DNA from: TPA_inf: Saccharomyces
Lineage: Eukaryota
NCBI GenBank assembly: GCA_000146045.2
Contig: BK006945.2
Coordinates: forward strand, 832,001-896,000
Direction: 5' to 3'
Length of the DNA stretch: 64,000 nucleotides
In this document: positions 1-9,330 of the stretch, one piece after another
How positions within the stretch are numbered: the first letter of the stretch is position 1
Layout of the letters: each line of letters opens with the position of its first letter
The notes under the pieces: model-generated
Database searches by the model: none
What the model saw: the letters and a program-made list of their open reading frames with translations, nothing else
Told to the model about the DNA's origin: nothing
Program-made: the position numbers and the translations under genes

Positions 1-1539
1 GACAACACTTCTACATTAGAATGGCTGAATGTTAGTGTCATTGCCCATTCCTCATCTTGGAATGAGGTGCACACAATGTTTTTACTAAAAAAACTTTGTC
101 AACATGGCCATAACAAAACTTTGCAATATCTAAATATCGGCGGTTTACCGCTTCATGTTGCACCTTCTTTCGGCGAGGACCCTATTAGCGAATCCACTTA
201 TTATTACCAATGCCGCGATAGCTTACAGTTCATAAAGTGGAATTTTCCGAAGTTAAAAAGTTTGAGTATAAAAGGTAATAGTATCCCGATATCTACGCTC
301 GTAGAATTTTTGACACCAATTGATCAAGACCATCCTAATTGTGCTCAAAAATTGAAGTTTTTGAATATTTCTGGTAACTCTTATGTGAATAAATGGACTA
401 TTCAGGACTCATTATTGTACACTTGTTCTCCAAGTTTAGTCGCGTTAGAAGTTTCCTTTGACTCGTGGCAACAGATTGAAAAACTAAATGATAGACATGA
501 AATTATTGCATACAGATATAAAAACCCAAATTCGGTAATTAAAGATATTTCAACAGCAGAACAAGTAAAGTGGAAATGTTACATTGATTCTTCTTATGGT
601 AGGAGATATTGGTTATATAAGACTGATCCTTTCCTGAATCGTGATGACTTGGATTCTAAGTCAAATTTAACTAGGTATGATTTTGAGGGTCACAAAATCA
701 TAGAAATTATAAACCAGCCGGATTTCCTAAAGTTTGCCCAAAGTAAAATCATGCTTGGATGTGGTCTAGTTCCTCAAAGTGGTATTAGACGTAAACTATG
801 TTACAGAGATTTAAAGCCACCAGTTTCTCAATTCTTAAATAGAAAAGGTGCGATCAGCCTTGGTGATACTCCACTACCAATAATTACCCCAACATTACCT
901 CGTGGTGGGTGGAGAATCATCCATAATGAGGACGACAACAACAGTCATGTGGAAGATAGCCAAAATCACGTGAATGCCATCCCAAGAAGGAATTCTCTGT
1001 TGAGCAGACCCACTTTAAGAAGCAACAATGGTTCTTCCTCTGCCAACCCCTTTGCTATCAATGTTTCTCCTGCATCTCAAATCAGGGATGGTTTGTACTG
1101 GGATAGGTCGGTCCATGATTTACGTGAGCTATCATTGCAAGAACAAAGAATTCAGGAGTTAGCTGATGAGCAGCAGGAACTAAGAACAATCGCAAACTTT
1201 GAAGAGACTGACGACGAATATTTGCACGATCCCGACTTGCAACGGAGAAGGTCCCAACTTCACTTATTTGAAAGTTCGCGCTCACGTTCAGGAAATAAAA
1301 CAAGACCAAGTTTAACTGGTGAACACTCGTCCTCGGCATCGTTTCTATCCTTCTCCCACTTCAACCACCTTCACAAGCGTAAGAATTATTATTTCACGCA
1401 TCCCGATGAATTTGTCTATGATCCAAAGGATCCTCTGACGACTCAAAGATATAGATTACATTTTGAAATAGTCAACGAATATCAAGTTTTTGGGTGCATT
1501 GAGCGTGGAATGTATAGATACTACAGTTTAAAAGCATAG
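1..1539 (+). CDS. YLR352W: C-terminal part of YLR352W (F-box family protein of poorly defined function). The reading frame is open from base 1 and the stop is at 1537-1539.
   Basis: Frame 1 has no stops from position 1. Identity assigned by position immediately upstream of BUD8/TAL1/ILV5. The true start lies upstream of the window. Confidence 0.6.
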   Translation, partial: DNTSTLEWLNVSVIAHSSSWNEVHTMFLLKKLCQHGHNKTLQYLNIGGLPLHVAPSFGEDPISESTYYYQCRDSLQFIKWNFPKLKSLSIKGNSIPISTLVEFLTPIDQDHPNCAQKLKFLNISGNSYVNKWTIQDSLLYTCSPSLVALEVSFDSWQQIEKLNDRHEIIAYRYKNPNSVIKDISTAEQVKWKCYIDSSYGRRYWLYKTDPFLNRDDLDSKSNLTRYDFEGHKIIEIINQPDFLKFAQSKIMLGCGLVPQSGIRRKLCYRDLKPPVSQFLNRKGAISLGDTPLPIITPTLPRGGWRIIHNEDDNNSHVEDSQNHVNAIPRRNSLLSRPTLRSNNGSSSANPFAINVSPASQIRDGLYWDRSVHDLRELSLQEQRIQELADEQQELRTIANFEETDDEYLHDPDLQRRRSQLHLFESSRSRSGNKTRPSLTGEHSSSASFLSFSHFNHLHKRKNYYFTHPDEFVYDPKDPLTTQRYRLHFEIVNEYQVFGCIERGMYRYYSLKA

Positions 1540-1743
1540 ATATTTTTCTCTTTACTTCCTTACCCTTCCTCCGCTCTCGTCTTGTGTCTTGTATATGATT
1601 TCTATATATGGTAAAATATTGCATACATCGTCTACCATTTAGCCAGACTTTTCGGAAACGAATTTAATGATTGCAGCAAATTCCCTTCCCCTATCAACTG
1701 ATTGAAGAATGCCTCGAAACGCAATGTGATTTTTAAGTTTTCC

Positions 1744-1757
1744 ATTTTTTTTTTTTT
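1744..1757. repeat. Poly(dT)14 tract in the YLR352W/BUD8 intergenic region.
   Basis: 14 consecutive T. Poly(dA:dT) tracts are nucleosome-excluding promoter elements in yeast. Confidence 0.8.
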
Positions 1758-2351
1758 CATAAGGGAAGCCTCTCTCCTCCGAAAAAGGTAAACATTGCGA
1801 AAAATGATCCAAAAGAGAGAATAAAAAAACAATTAGAAAATGATTTACTCATCCGCTTACTAGAGAGGCCAAACCGGATAGTCCTGACGCTAATAAGAGT
1901 AGGATTAAGTTCATTGTGGTGTGTTTTTTTATTGCGCGTAAGCGATACCTGCAAAATTCATTATAATTTTCAATCACCTTCCATCAATTATCAATACCCC
2001 ATACTAAGAACAGGCAATTGGTTTAGGAAGGAAAATAATAAAGATATCCAAAAACAACTGGAAGCTTTCCAGTCGCGACCTCTGTTTTGTTCGAACTTCT
2101 AGTTAACAAAAGAAAGACCATTCAATTGCTTTTTTAATATTCATTATTGACGATTTTTATTTCTAGGCGATTACCGGTATACTTTTCATTCTTTTGATAA
2201 GATAATAAATCCAATTACATTCGCTTATTTTAATTCAATTTAGACTATAACTTTCTCTTAACTCTAGGAGTTTCTTTCTTGAATCGAAGCATTTTTGACA
2301 ATACCCAATATCCTCTTTCTACTTGAGAATTTTTTCGATTCTACATGAAGT

Positions 2352-4163
2352 ATGATACAATCAGACGAAGATAATTTGGACTCTTCTGAAACGACAGCAT
2401 CAACTTCATATAGTGGTACTTCCTCTGTATCATCCAGACTACAACTAAGAACATCCTTGTTTTTTGAAAATCTTAATGGAGCACATGGGAACCCCGATGC
2501 GGAGACAGAGATGGCTACTGTTGCCTATGAAACCACAAGTAGAGGTCAAGGATTTGCTGTATACATCAACAATGAAAGGTTTTCTCAAATAATGGGAGCA
2601 TCCACAAGCTCTAGCTCTAGTAGCAACTCGTCCTCTATTACACAATTTCACGATACCCAAGATAATAATATACCAAGCAACACTACTGTAAGGCCAACTT
2701 CACTTCGACGAGACAACGAGGATACCGTACCGTTAAGGAACGTAACTCCTTCACAAAACGCGGCGGTACGGCCAGAAAGAGCAGTGAATTCACCATCTTC
2801 GCAGAGATTAAGTTGCGCACTGACAATATCAACTTCAGTTCTTATGGGAGAAGATGTTGAAGGAAGCCCTATAGAGCAAGAGCATAGTAGGGTCGTATCT
2901 TCATTATACTCATCTTTGGCGAATCGCGGGAACGACGAGTCAAAGAATGGAACACCTCCACGTCCTACCTCAATTGAACCTAATGAAACAACGGAACACT
3001 CATTTTTCTCATACCATTACGATGACACCTTAGAACCAGATGTTGAAGAGGCAGTGAGGCTAACGAAGAATAAAACTTCTAATGTTAATTTTATAAGCTC
3101 AACTGGCAGTAAAGGTGAAGGCGAGACCGAGGATGAAGTCATAGATCAATACGAACCTGTGAATGAATCAAAATTTATACCGCACAAACTAAAAATTCCA
3201 GAGAAGGCTGGATCAATAAAGTCGTCGACAAGTGATGATTCGCATTCGCCAGGTGCGCCAGGTACGTCGGCAAGGAAGATTAAAATTCCTCAGAGTCCAT
3301 CGTTAATTGGTAACATATTGATTCCTTCACACAATAGTGACAGTAGTAACGAAAGTTCTCCTAAAGACCATATAGGGCATAATAATGAAGAAAAATTCAG
3401 TTCAAAATCTACGCGCAAGCCCTCCACATCCCTAGAAGAAGAAGGTCCACCAATTGGACTACCTTCAATTCCCGTATTAAGAAGTGTGTCCGGACCAAGC
3501 AAATGGACGAAGACACCTTTACGCTTAGAATCTGGAAATTCAACTAAGTCTGATCCATTTTCACGCTATGAAGGACACAAGACGCCCTCTCCATTGACCA
3601 AGATGAACAAGAAGAAAAATAAAACGTTGCCAGAACATGGACAACCCCTCGTGCTAGCTCCAATTAAATCTCAAAGCTCGGAGTCAGACACGGGACAGAA
3701 CTCCATTATAGAAAAGCCAGCTCGAAGCATACGACGAAAGCAACAAGAAAAAACTGATAATAGGAAAGAAGACAGGCACGATGCTGAAAATATAGACCTG
3801 GAGGCGAGAATGCCAATTCAACATATCGATACCGCTTCCATTCATTCGTTTGATTCAGGTCAAAATGGATTCAGGGACGTTTACAGCATCGAAAACATCA
3901 TTGTGATCCTCCTATGTTGTAGTATAGTGCCGCCATTATTTTTTATTATTGGCTGCAGCTCAAGAAGGAAATTAGTTTCAGACTATAGATTAATGAGGTT
4001 GCTTATGAATAAAGAACACCGAGCGGCTTTGCTGCAAGGATTCATATGGGACGTTGATTTAAGGTGGTTCCGGATGTTTTGTCTGATCTTAGGGGCTGCC
4101 GAAACAGTGATTGTGATGGCCGGTATTGCTATTGGATTTGGTGTGGGTATAACACGTGAATAA
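2352..4163 (+). CDS. BUD8: Bud-site selection protein Bud8 (603 aa). Ser/Thr-rich N-terminal region with two C-terminal transmembrane segments.
   Basis: 603-aa ORF. Extremely S/T-rich low-complexity N-terminus and two hydrophobic helices at the C-terminus. Synteny between YLR352W and TAL1. Confidence 0.8.
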   Translation: MIQSDEDNLDSSETTASTSYSGTSSVSSRLQLRTSLFFENLNGAHGNPDAETEMATVAYETTSRGQGFAVYINNERFSQIMGASTSSSSSSNSSSITQFHDTQDNNIPSNTTVRPTSLRRDNEDTVPLRNVTPSQNAAVRPERAVNSPSSQRLSCALTISTSVLMGEDVEGSPIEQEHSRVVSSLYSSLANRGNDESKNGTPPRPTSIEPNETTEHSFFSYHYDDTLEPDVEEAVRLTKNKTSNVNFISSTGSKGEGETEDEVIDQYEPVNESKFIPHKLKIPEKAGSIKSSTSDDSHSPGAPGTSARKIKIPQSPSLIGNILIPSHNSDSSNESSPKDHIGHNNEEKFSSKSTRKPSTSLEEEGPPIGLPSIPVLRSVSGPSKWTKTPLRLESGNSTKSDPFSRYEGHKTPSPLTKMNKKKNKTLPEHGQPLVLAPIKSQSSESDTGQNSIIEKPARSIRRKQQEKTDNRKEDRHDAENIDLEARMPIQHIDTASIHSFDSGQNGFRDVYSIENIIVILLCCSIVPPLFFIIGCSSRRKLVSDYRLMRLLMNKEHRAALLQGFIWDVDLRWFRMFCLILGAAETVIVMAGIAIGFGVGITRE

Positions 4164-4349
4164 GAAACTGTATCATTCATCAAATAGGATAAAAAATAAA
4201 AAACTGTTCTGTCTCGTTAAAGTCATATATATAAATAGGGGATTTTCATTAATTTATATATATAGATATACTTGTGTACATGTACCCGTAAGTATCAAAA
4301 GAAACGTGCATAAGGACATGGCCTAAATTAATATTTCCGAGATACTTCC

Positions 4350-5357
4350 TTAAGCGGTAACTTTCTTTTCAATCAAGTCGAATAGAGTAACAATATCGGC
4401 AGAGAATTTTCTGATACCTTCGGACAATTTTTCAGTGGCCATAGCGTCTTCATTCAAGTCGAATCTGAATTTAGATTCGTCGCTGATGTAAGAAATCTTG
4501 TCGCCGGCTTCCTTCTTAGCGGAGACAGGGTCCAAAACTCTTGGGAAAGGTTCAGTACTGTTCATCAACTTGTCCAATAAAGCTGGAGAAATTGTTAGAT
4601 AGTCAACACCAGCCAAGTTTTTGATTTCGTCAGTGCTTCTGAAAGAAGCACCCATAACAATAGTCTTGTAACCGTACTTCTTGTAGTAGTTGTAGATTTT
4701 CTTGACGGAAATAACACCTGGGTCGGCTTCACCCTTGTAATCTTTACCAGTGCTGGATTTGTACCAGTCTAGAATTCTACCAACAAATGGGGAAATCAAA
4801 GTAACTTGGGCCTCGGCACAGGCAACTGCTTGAACGAAGGAGAATAATAGAGTCAAATTACAGTGGATACCGTCCTTTTCTTCCAATTCTTTGGCAGCTT
4901 GAATACCTTCCCAAGTGGAAGCAATTTTAATAAGGACTCTTTCCTTGGAGACACCTTCTTGTTCAAACAATTTAATGATATGTCTAGCCTTTTCAATGGT
5001 AGCTTGAGTGTCAAAAGACAATCTAGCATCAACTTCGGTGGAGACTCTGCCTGGAACAATCTTTAAGATCTCCTTACCGAATTCGACTAACAATCTGTCC
5101 ACAGCATTTTCGACTTGTTCTTCGGTGGTCTTACCATGCTTCTTACCGTATTCCACGGCAACATCGATCAACTTGGCGTAAGTTGGTTGCTTGGCAGCAG
5201 CCAAGATCAATGATGGGTTAGTTGTGGAGTCTTGAGGTTGAAACTTGGCAATAGAGCCGAAATCACCAGTGTCGGCAACAACGACAGTGCCGGAGGCTTT
5301 CAATTGTTCTAGAGAGTTGTTAGCAACCTTTTGTTTCTTTTGAGCTGGTTCAGACAT
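4350..5357 (-). CDS. TAL1: Transaldolase (335 aa), pentose phosphate pathway.
   Basis: The protein [11 protein letters not shown]...IEKKVTA is recognisably yeast transaldolase. The ORF track begins 3 codons upstream (MYIM...); I chose the ATG that gives the known N-terminus. Confidence 0.93.
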
Positions 5358-5496
5358 TATGTACACGTATATGTGACGAGTTCGAGAAGTATTTTACTAT
5401 CGTACTAAATTTTACCTGAAAAATTATATACTCGAGAAAGAGGAAGCCAAGAATTGAGAAAAAAGAAAAACCCGCGAGTAAGGAAATTAAATACAG

Positions 5497-5550
5497 GTGT
5501 ACACATACACGCACACATATATATATATATATATATGTATATGTGTATAT
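5497..5550. repeat. (CA)n/(AT)10 alternating purine-pyrimidine microsatellite in the TAL1 promoter.
   Basis: gtgtacacatacacgcacacatatatatatatatatatatgtatatgtgtatat read directly. About 150-190 bp upstream of the TAL1 ATG. Confidence 0.9.
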
Positions 5551-5705
5551 AGGAAGCGCGCGCATGTTAGTATATACGATTCGTTGGAAAGGGGCCGTCC
5601 ACCAAACGTGACTTGACGAGTTGACAAATTGACCTCAATATGGCTCAGTCAGTAATTTTTAGTTCCGCTTTATTCCCGCCATCTTTCAGGCCACGAGGGT
5701 AGCTC

Positions 5706-5714
5706 ATAACGCCG
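5706..5714. promoter_or_regulatory. Candidate Stb5-type zinc-cluster site (reverse complement CGGCGTTAT) in the TAL1 promoter.
   Basis: Matches the CGGNSTTA consensus as I recall it, about 350 bp upstream of the TAL1 ATG. Pentose-phosphate genes are Stb5 targets. The consensus is recalled from memory. Confidence 0.3.
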
Positions 5715-6065
5715 CGCTAATGCCGCTGCGTCACAGCAACCAGTAGCTCAGCCAAAACCGAAAGAGAAATCGTAGCTGTCCCGATGAGGACTTATACACT
5801 TGTCACCATCTAAATAAATTATTTATTCGCGTTTCGGTTCTTGTTTTCGATTTAATTAGATTGTTCATTGAATCATAATAAATATGTAAAAAATATATAT
5901 ATTTGAAGCTGCTTCAGAAAAACAGGGCTTCCTAGTGTACAGATGTATGTCGGATGAAAAAAAAAAAATCTTAAATGTGAAATTGGGTCAATTCAATTGA
6001 CTATGACTTGATGTTGCAAAAATTCCAAGAGAAAAAGTTTCCAGCACTTGATATTATTTTCCTCT

Positions 6066-7253
6066 TTATTGGTTTTCTGGTCTCAACTTTCTGACTTCCT
6101 TACCAACCTTCCAGATTTCCATGTTTCTGATGGTGTCTAATTCCTTTTCTAGCTTTTCTCTGTAGTCAGGTTGAGAGTTGAATTCCAAAGATCTCTTGGT
6201 TTCGGTACCGTTCTTGGTAGATTCGTACAAGTCTTGGAAAACAGGCTTCAAAGCATTCTTGAAGATTGGGTACCAGTCCAAAGCACCTCTTCTGGCGGTG
6301 GTGGAACAAGCATCGTACATGTAATCCATACCGTACTTACCGATCAATGGGTATAGAGATTGGGTAGCTTCTTCGACGGTTTCGTTGAAAGCTTCAGATG
6401 GGGAGTGACCGTTTTCTCTCAAGACGTCGTATTGAGCCAAGAACATACCGTGGATACCACCCATTAAACAACCTCTTTCACCGTACAAGTCAGAGTTGAC
6501 TTCTCTTTCGAAAGTGGTTTGGTAAACGTAACCGGAACCAATGGCAACGGCCAAAGCTTGGGCCTTTTCGTGAGCCTTACCGGTGACATCGTTCCAGACG
6601 GCGTAAGAAGAGTTAATACCACGACCTTCCTTGAACAAAGATCTGACAGTTCTACCGGAACCCTTTGGAGCAACCAAGATAACATCTAAGTCCTTTGGTG
6701 GTTCAACGTGAGTCAAGTCCTTGAAGACTGGGGAGAAACCGTGGGAGAAGTACAAAGTCTTACCCTTGGTCAACAATGGCTTGATAGCAGGCCAGGTTTC
6801 TGATTGAGCGGCATCGGACAACAAGTTCATAACGTAACTACCTCTCTTGATAGCATCTTCAACAGTGAACAAGTTCTTGCCTGGAACCCAACCGTCTTCG
6901 ATGGCAGCCTTCCAAGAAGCACCATCTTTACGGACACCAATGATAACGTTCAAACCGTTGTCTCTCAAGTTCAAACCTTGACCGTAACCTTGGGAACCGT
7001 AACCGATCAAAGCAAAAGTGTCGTTCTTGAAGTAGTCCAACAACTTTTCTCTTGGCCAGTCAGCTCTTTCGTAGACGGTTTCAACAGTACCACCGAAGTT
7101 GATTTGCTTCAAACCACGGGTAGTGATCATTGGCTTAACGAAACGGGCAGCTGGTCTGCTGTAAGCAGCAGCACGGGTGGCCAAAGCAAAGGTTCTCTTA
7201 GCAGTGATGACACGGGAGTTGCAGATCAATCTGGCGGCTTGAGTTCTCAACAT
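6066..7253 (-). CDS. ILV5: Ketol-acid reductoisomerase (acetohydroxyacid reductoisomerase), mitochondrial, 395 aa.
   Basis: MLRTQAARLI...GYGSQGYGQGLNLRDNG... is a typical KARI sequence. High codon bias. Adjacent to TAL1 as in chrXII. Confidence 0.95.
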   Translation of the reverse strand: MLRTQAARLICNSRVITAKRTFALATRAAAYSRPAARFVKPMITTRGLKQINFGGTVETVYERADWPREKLLDYFKNDTFALIGYGSQGYGQGLNLRDNGLNVIIGVRKDGASWKAAIEDGWVPGKNLFTVEDAIKRGSYVMNLLSDAAQSETWPAIKPLLTKGKTLYFSHGFSPVFKDLTHVEPPKDLDVILVAPKGSGRTVRSLFKEGRGINSSYAVWNDVTGKAHEKAQALAVAIGSGYVYQTTFEREVNSDLYGERGCLMGGIHGMFLAQYDVLRENGHSPSEAFNETVEEATQSLYPLIGKYGMDYMYDACSTTARRGALDWYPIFKNALKPVFQDLYESTKNGTETKRSLEFNSQPDYREKLEKELDTIRNMEIWKVGKEVRKLRPENQ

Positions 7254-7557
7254 GTTTTATTTTTTACTTATATTGCTGGTAGGGTAAAAAAATATAACTC
7301 CTAGGAATAGGTTGTCTATATGTTTTTGTCTTGCTTCTATAATTGTAACAAACAAGGAAAGGGAAAATACTGGGTGTAAAAGCCATTGAGTCAAGTTAGG
7401 TCATCCCTTTTATACAAAATTTTTCAATTTTTTTTCCAAGATTCTTGTACGATTAATTATTTTTTTTTTGCGTCCTACAGCGTGATGAAAATTTCGCCTG
7501 CTGCAAGATGAGCGGGAACGGGCGAAATGTGCACGCGCACAACTTACGAAACGCGGA

Positions 7558-7564
7558 TGAGTCA
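7558..7564. promoter_or_regulatory. Gcn4 site (TGAGTCA), with a second TGACTC core at 7587-7592, in the ILV5 promoter.
   Basis: Palindromic TGA(C/G)TCA about 305 bp upstream of ILV5. General amino-acid control of ILV genes is established. Confidence 0.55.
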
Positions 7565-7620
7565 CTGACAGCCACCGCAGAGGTTCTGACTCCTACTGAG
7601 CTCTATTGGAGGTGGCAGAA

Positions 7621-7630
7621 CCGGTACCGG
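7621..7630. promoter_or_regulatory. Leu3 UAS (CCGGTACCGG) in the ILV5 promoter.
   Basis: Perfect CCGG-NN-CCGG zinc-cluster everted repeat about 370 bp upstream of the ILV5 ATG. ILV5 is an established Leu3 target. Confidence 0.7.
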
Positions 7631-8320
7631 AGGAGACCGCTATAACCGGTTTGAATTTATTGTCACAGTGTCACATCAGCGGCAACTCAGAAGTTTGACA
7701 GCAAGCAAGTTCATCATTCGAACTAGCCTTATTGTTTTAGTTCAGTGACAGCGAACTGCCGTACTCGATGCTTTATTTCTCACGGTAGAGCGGAAGAACA
7801 GATAGGGGCAGCGTGAGAAGAGTTAGAAAGTAAATTTTTATCACGTCTGAAGTATTCTTATTCATAGGAAATTTTGCAAGGTTTTTTAGCTCAATAACGG
7901 GCTAAGTTATATAAGGTGTTCACGCGATTTTCTTGTTATGTATACCTCTTCTCTGAGGAATGGTACTACTGTCCTGATGTAGGCTCCTTAAATTGGTGGG
8001 CAAGAATAACTTATCGATATTTTGTATATTGGTCTTGGAGTTCACCACGTAATGCCTGTTTAAGACCATCAGTTAACTCTAGTATTATTTGGTCTTGGCT
8101 ACTGGCCGTTTGCTATTATTCAAGTCTTTTGTGCCTTCCCGTCGGGTAAGGGAGTTATTTAGGGATACAGAATCTAACGAAAACTAAATCTCAATGATTA
8201 ACTCCATTTAATCCTTTTTTGAAAGGCAAAAGAGGTCCCTTGTTCACTTACAACGTTCTTAGCCAAATTCGCTTATCACTTACTACTTCACGATATACAG
8301 AAGTAAAAACATATAAAAAG

Positions 8321-8914
8321 ATGTCTGTTTGTTTAGCCATCACAAAAGGTATCGCAGTTTCTTCTATAGGCCTCTACTCTGGTCTTTTGGCTTCCGCTTC
8401 ATTGATTACATCTACTACTCCACTAGAGGTTTTAACAGGATCCCTTACTCCCACTTTAACCACTTTGAAAAATGCGGCCACCGCCTTGGGAGCGTTTGCG
8501 TCAACTTTCTTTTGTGTGAGCTTTTTCGGCGCTCCTCCCTCATTGAGACACCCCTACTTACTCTATGGTATGCTTGTAGCTCCATTATCTTCATTTGTTC
8601 TAGGATGTGCCTCCAACTATCAGTCTAGAAAGTACAGTAAAGTCTCTAAGGAATCTTCTTTATTTCCCGAAGACAGCAAACTCGCTGCTTCCGAACTGAG
8701 CGATTCTATTATTGATTTAGGTGAAGACAACCATGCTTCAGAAAATACACCTCGAGACGGGAAGCCTGCAGCAACCACAGTATCAAAGCCGGCAGAGGCA
8801 TTGCACACCGGTCCCCCAATCCATACTAAAAATCTAATTGCAGCAACTGCTATTGCTATTGTTGGCTTTGTACAAGCCGTTATTGGCGTTTATGGGGAAG
8901 GACAATTTATCTAG
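8321..8914 (+). CDS. ATG33: Mitophagy protein Atg33 (197 aa), mitochondrial outer-membrane protein.
   Basis: The ORF is open from 8219, but the ATG at 8321 ([10 protein letters not shown]...) gives the 197-aa product. Four hydrophobic segments. Position between ILV5 and RSC2. Confidence 0.75.
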   Translation: MSVCLAITKGIAVSSIGLYSGLLASASLITSTTPLEVLTGSLTPTLTTLKNAATALGAFASTFFCVSFFGAPPSLRHPYLLYGMLVAPLSSFVLGCASNYQSRKYSKVSKESSLFPEDSKLAASELSDSIIDLGEDNHASENTPRDGKPAATTVSKPAEALHTGPPIHTKNLIAATAIAIVGFVQAVIGVYGEGQFI

Positions 8915-9330
8915 TGTTTCTCGTTCACGTATTTATCTCTACAAGAATTTGTAGCTGCCTGAACTCGGCTCCTCTCTCTCTCCAAAAATAAAGTGTGTAG
9001 TAATTTGCAGTTTTTTTATATATTCCTACGAGTTTTCAAACGTTCAAAAGACAGTATGTTCAAAAATTGTGCATACACACACGTATGCACATATATACAT
9101 AATAATACACTGTAATAAGCACATTTGTAGGTGCTCTTGCACTTGGTTTATTACTGTCACTGACTTTTCTCACCCGGCCGAGAGTCGTGCGAAAATTCGC
9201 ATGTTAAAGTGAGAAAATAGAGAAAACAACACAGCTGAAAAAAGTATTGGTAACAGTTCAATACGTGATCAAATATACAGCACGTCGCGCAGAACCAGAC
9301 GAAGCGGAGAATATTCTACATTGACAGTGC

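Noticed and set aside
1082-4183. Small antisense ORFs inside YLR352W, BUD8, TAL1, ILV5 and others (for example 1082..1339, 2445..2660, 3290..3502, 3983..4183, 4853..5059, 6464..6685, 6804..7304).
   Set aside because: They are embedded opposite or out of frame in strongly codon-biased verified genes, are short and have no features. This is the usual shadow-ORF background.
8219-8320. In-frame 34-codon N-terminal extension of ATG33 (MKGKRGPLF…).
   Set aside because: The upstream ATG lies in promoter-like AT-rich sequence. The extension lacks the hydrophobic character of the mature protein, and the known 197-aa product starts at 8321.
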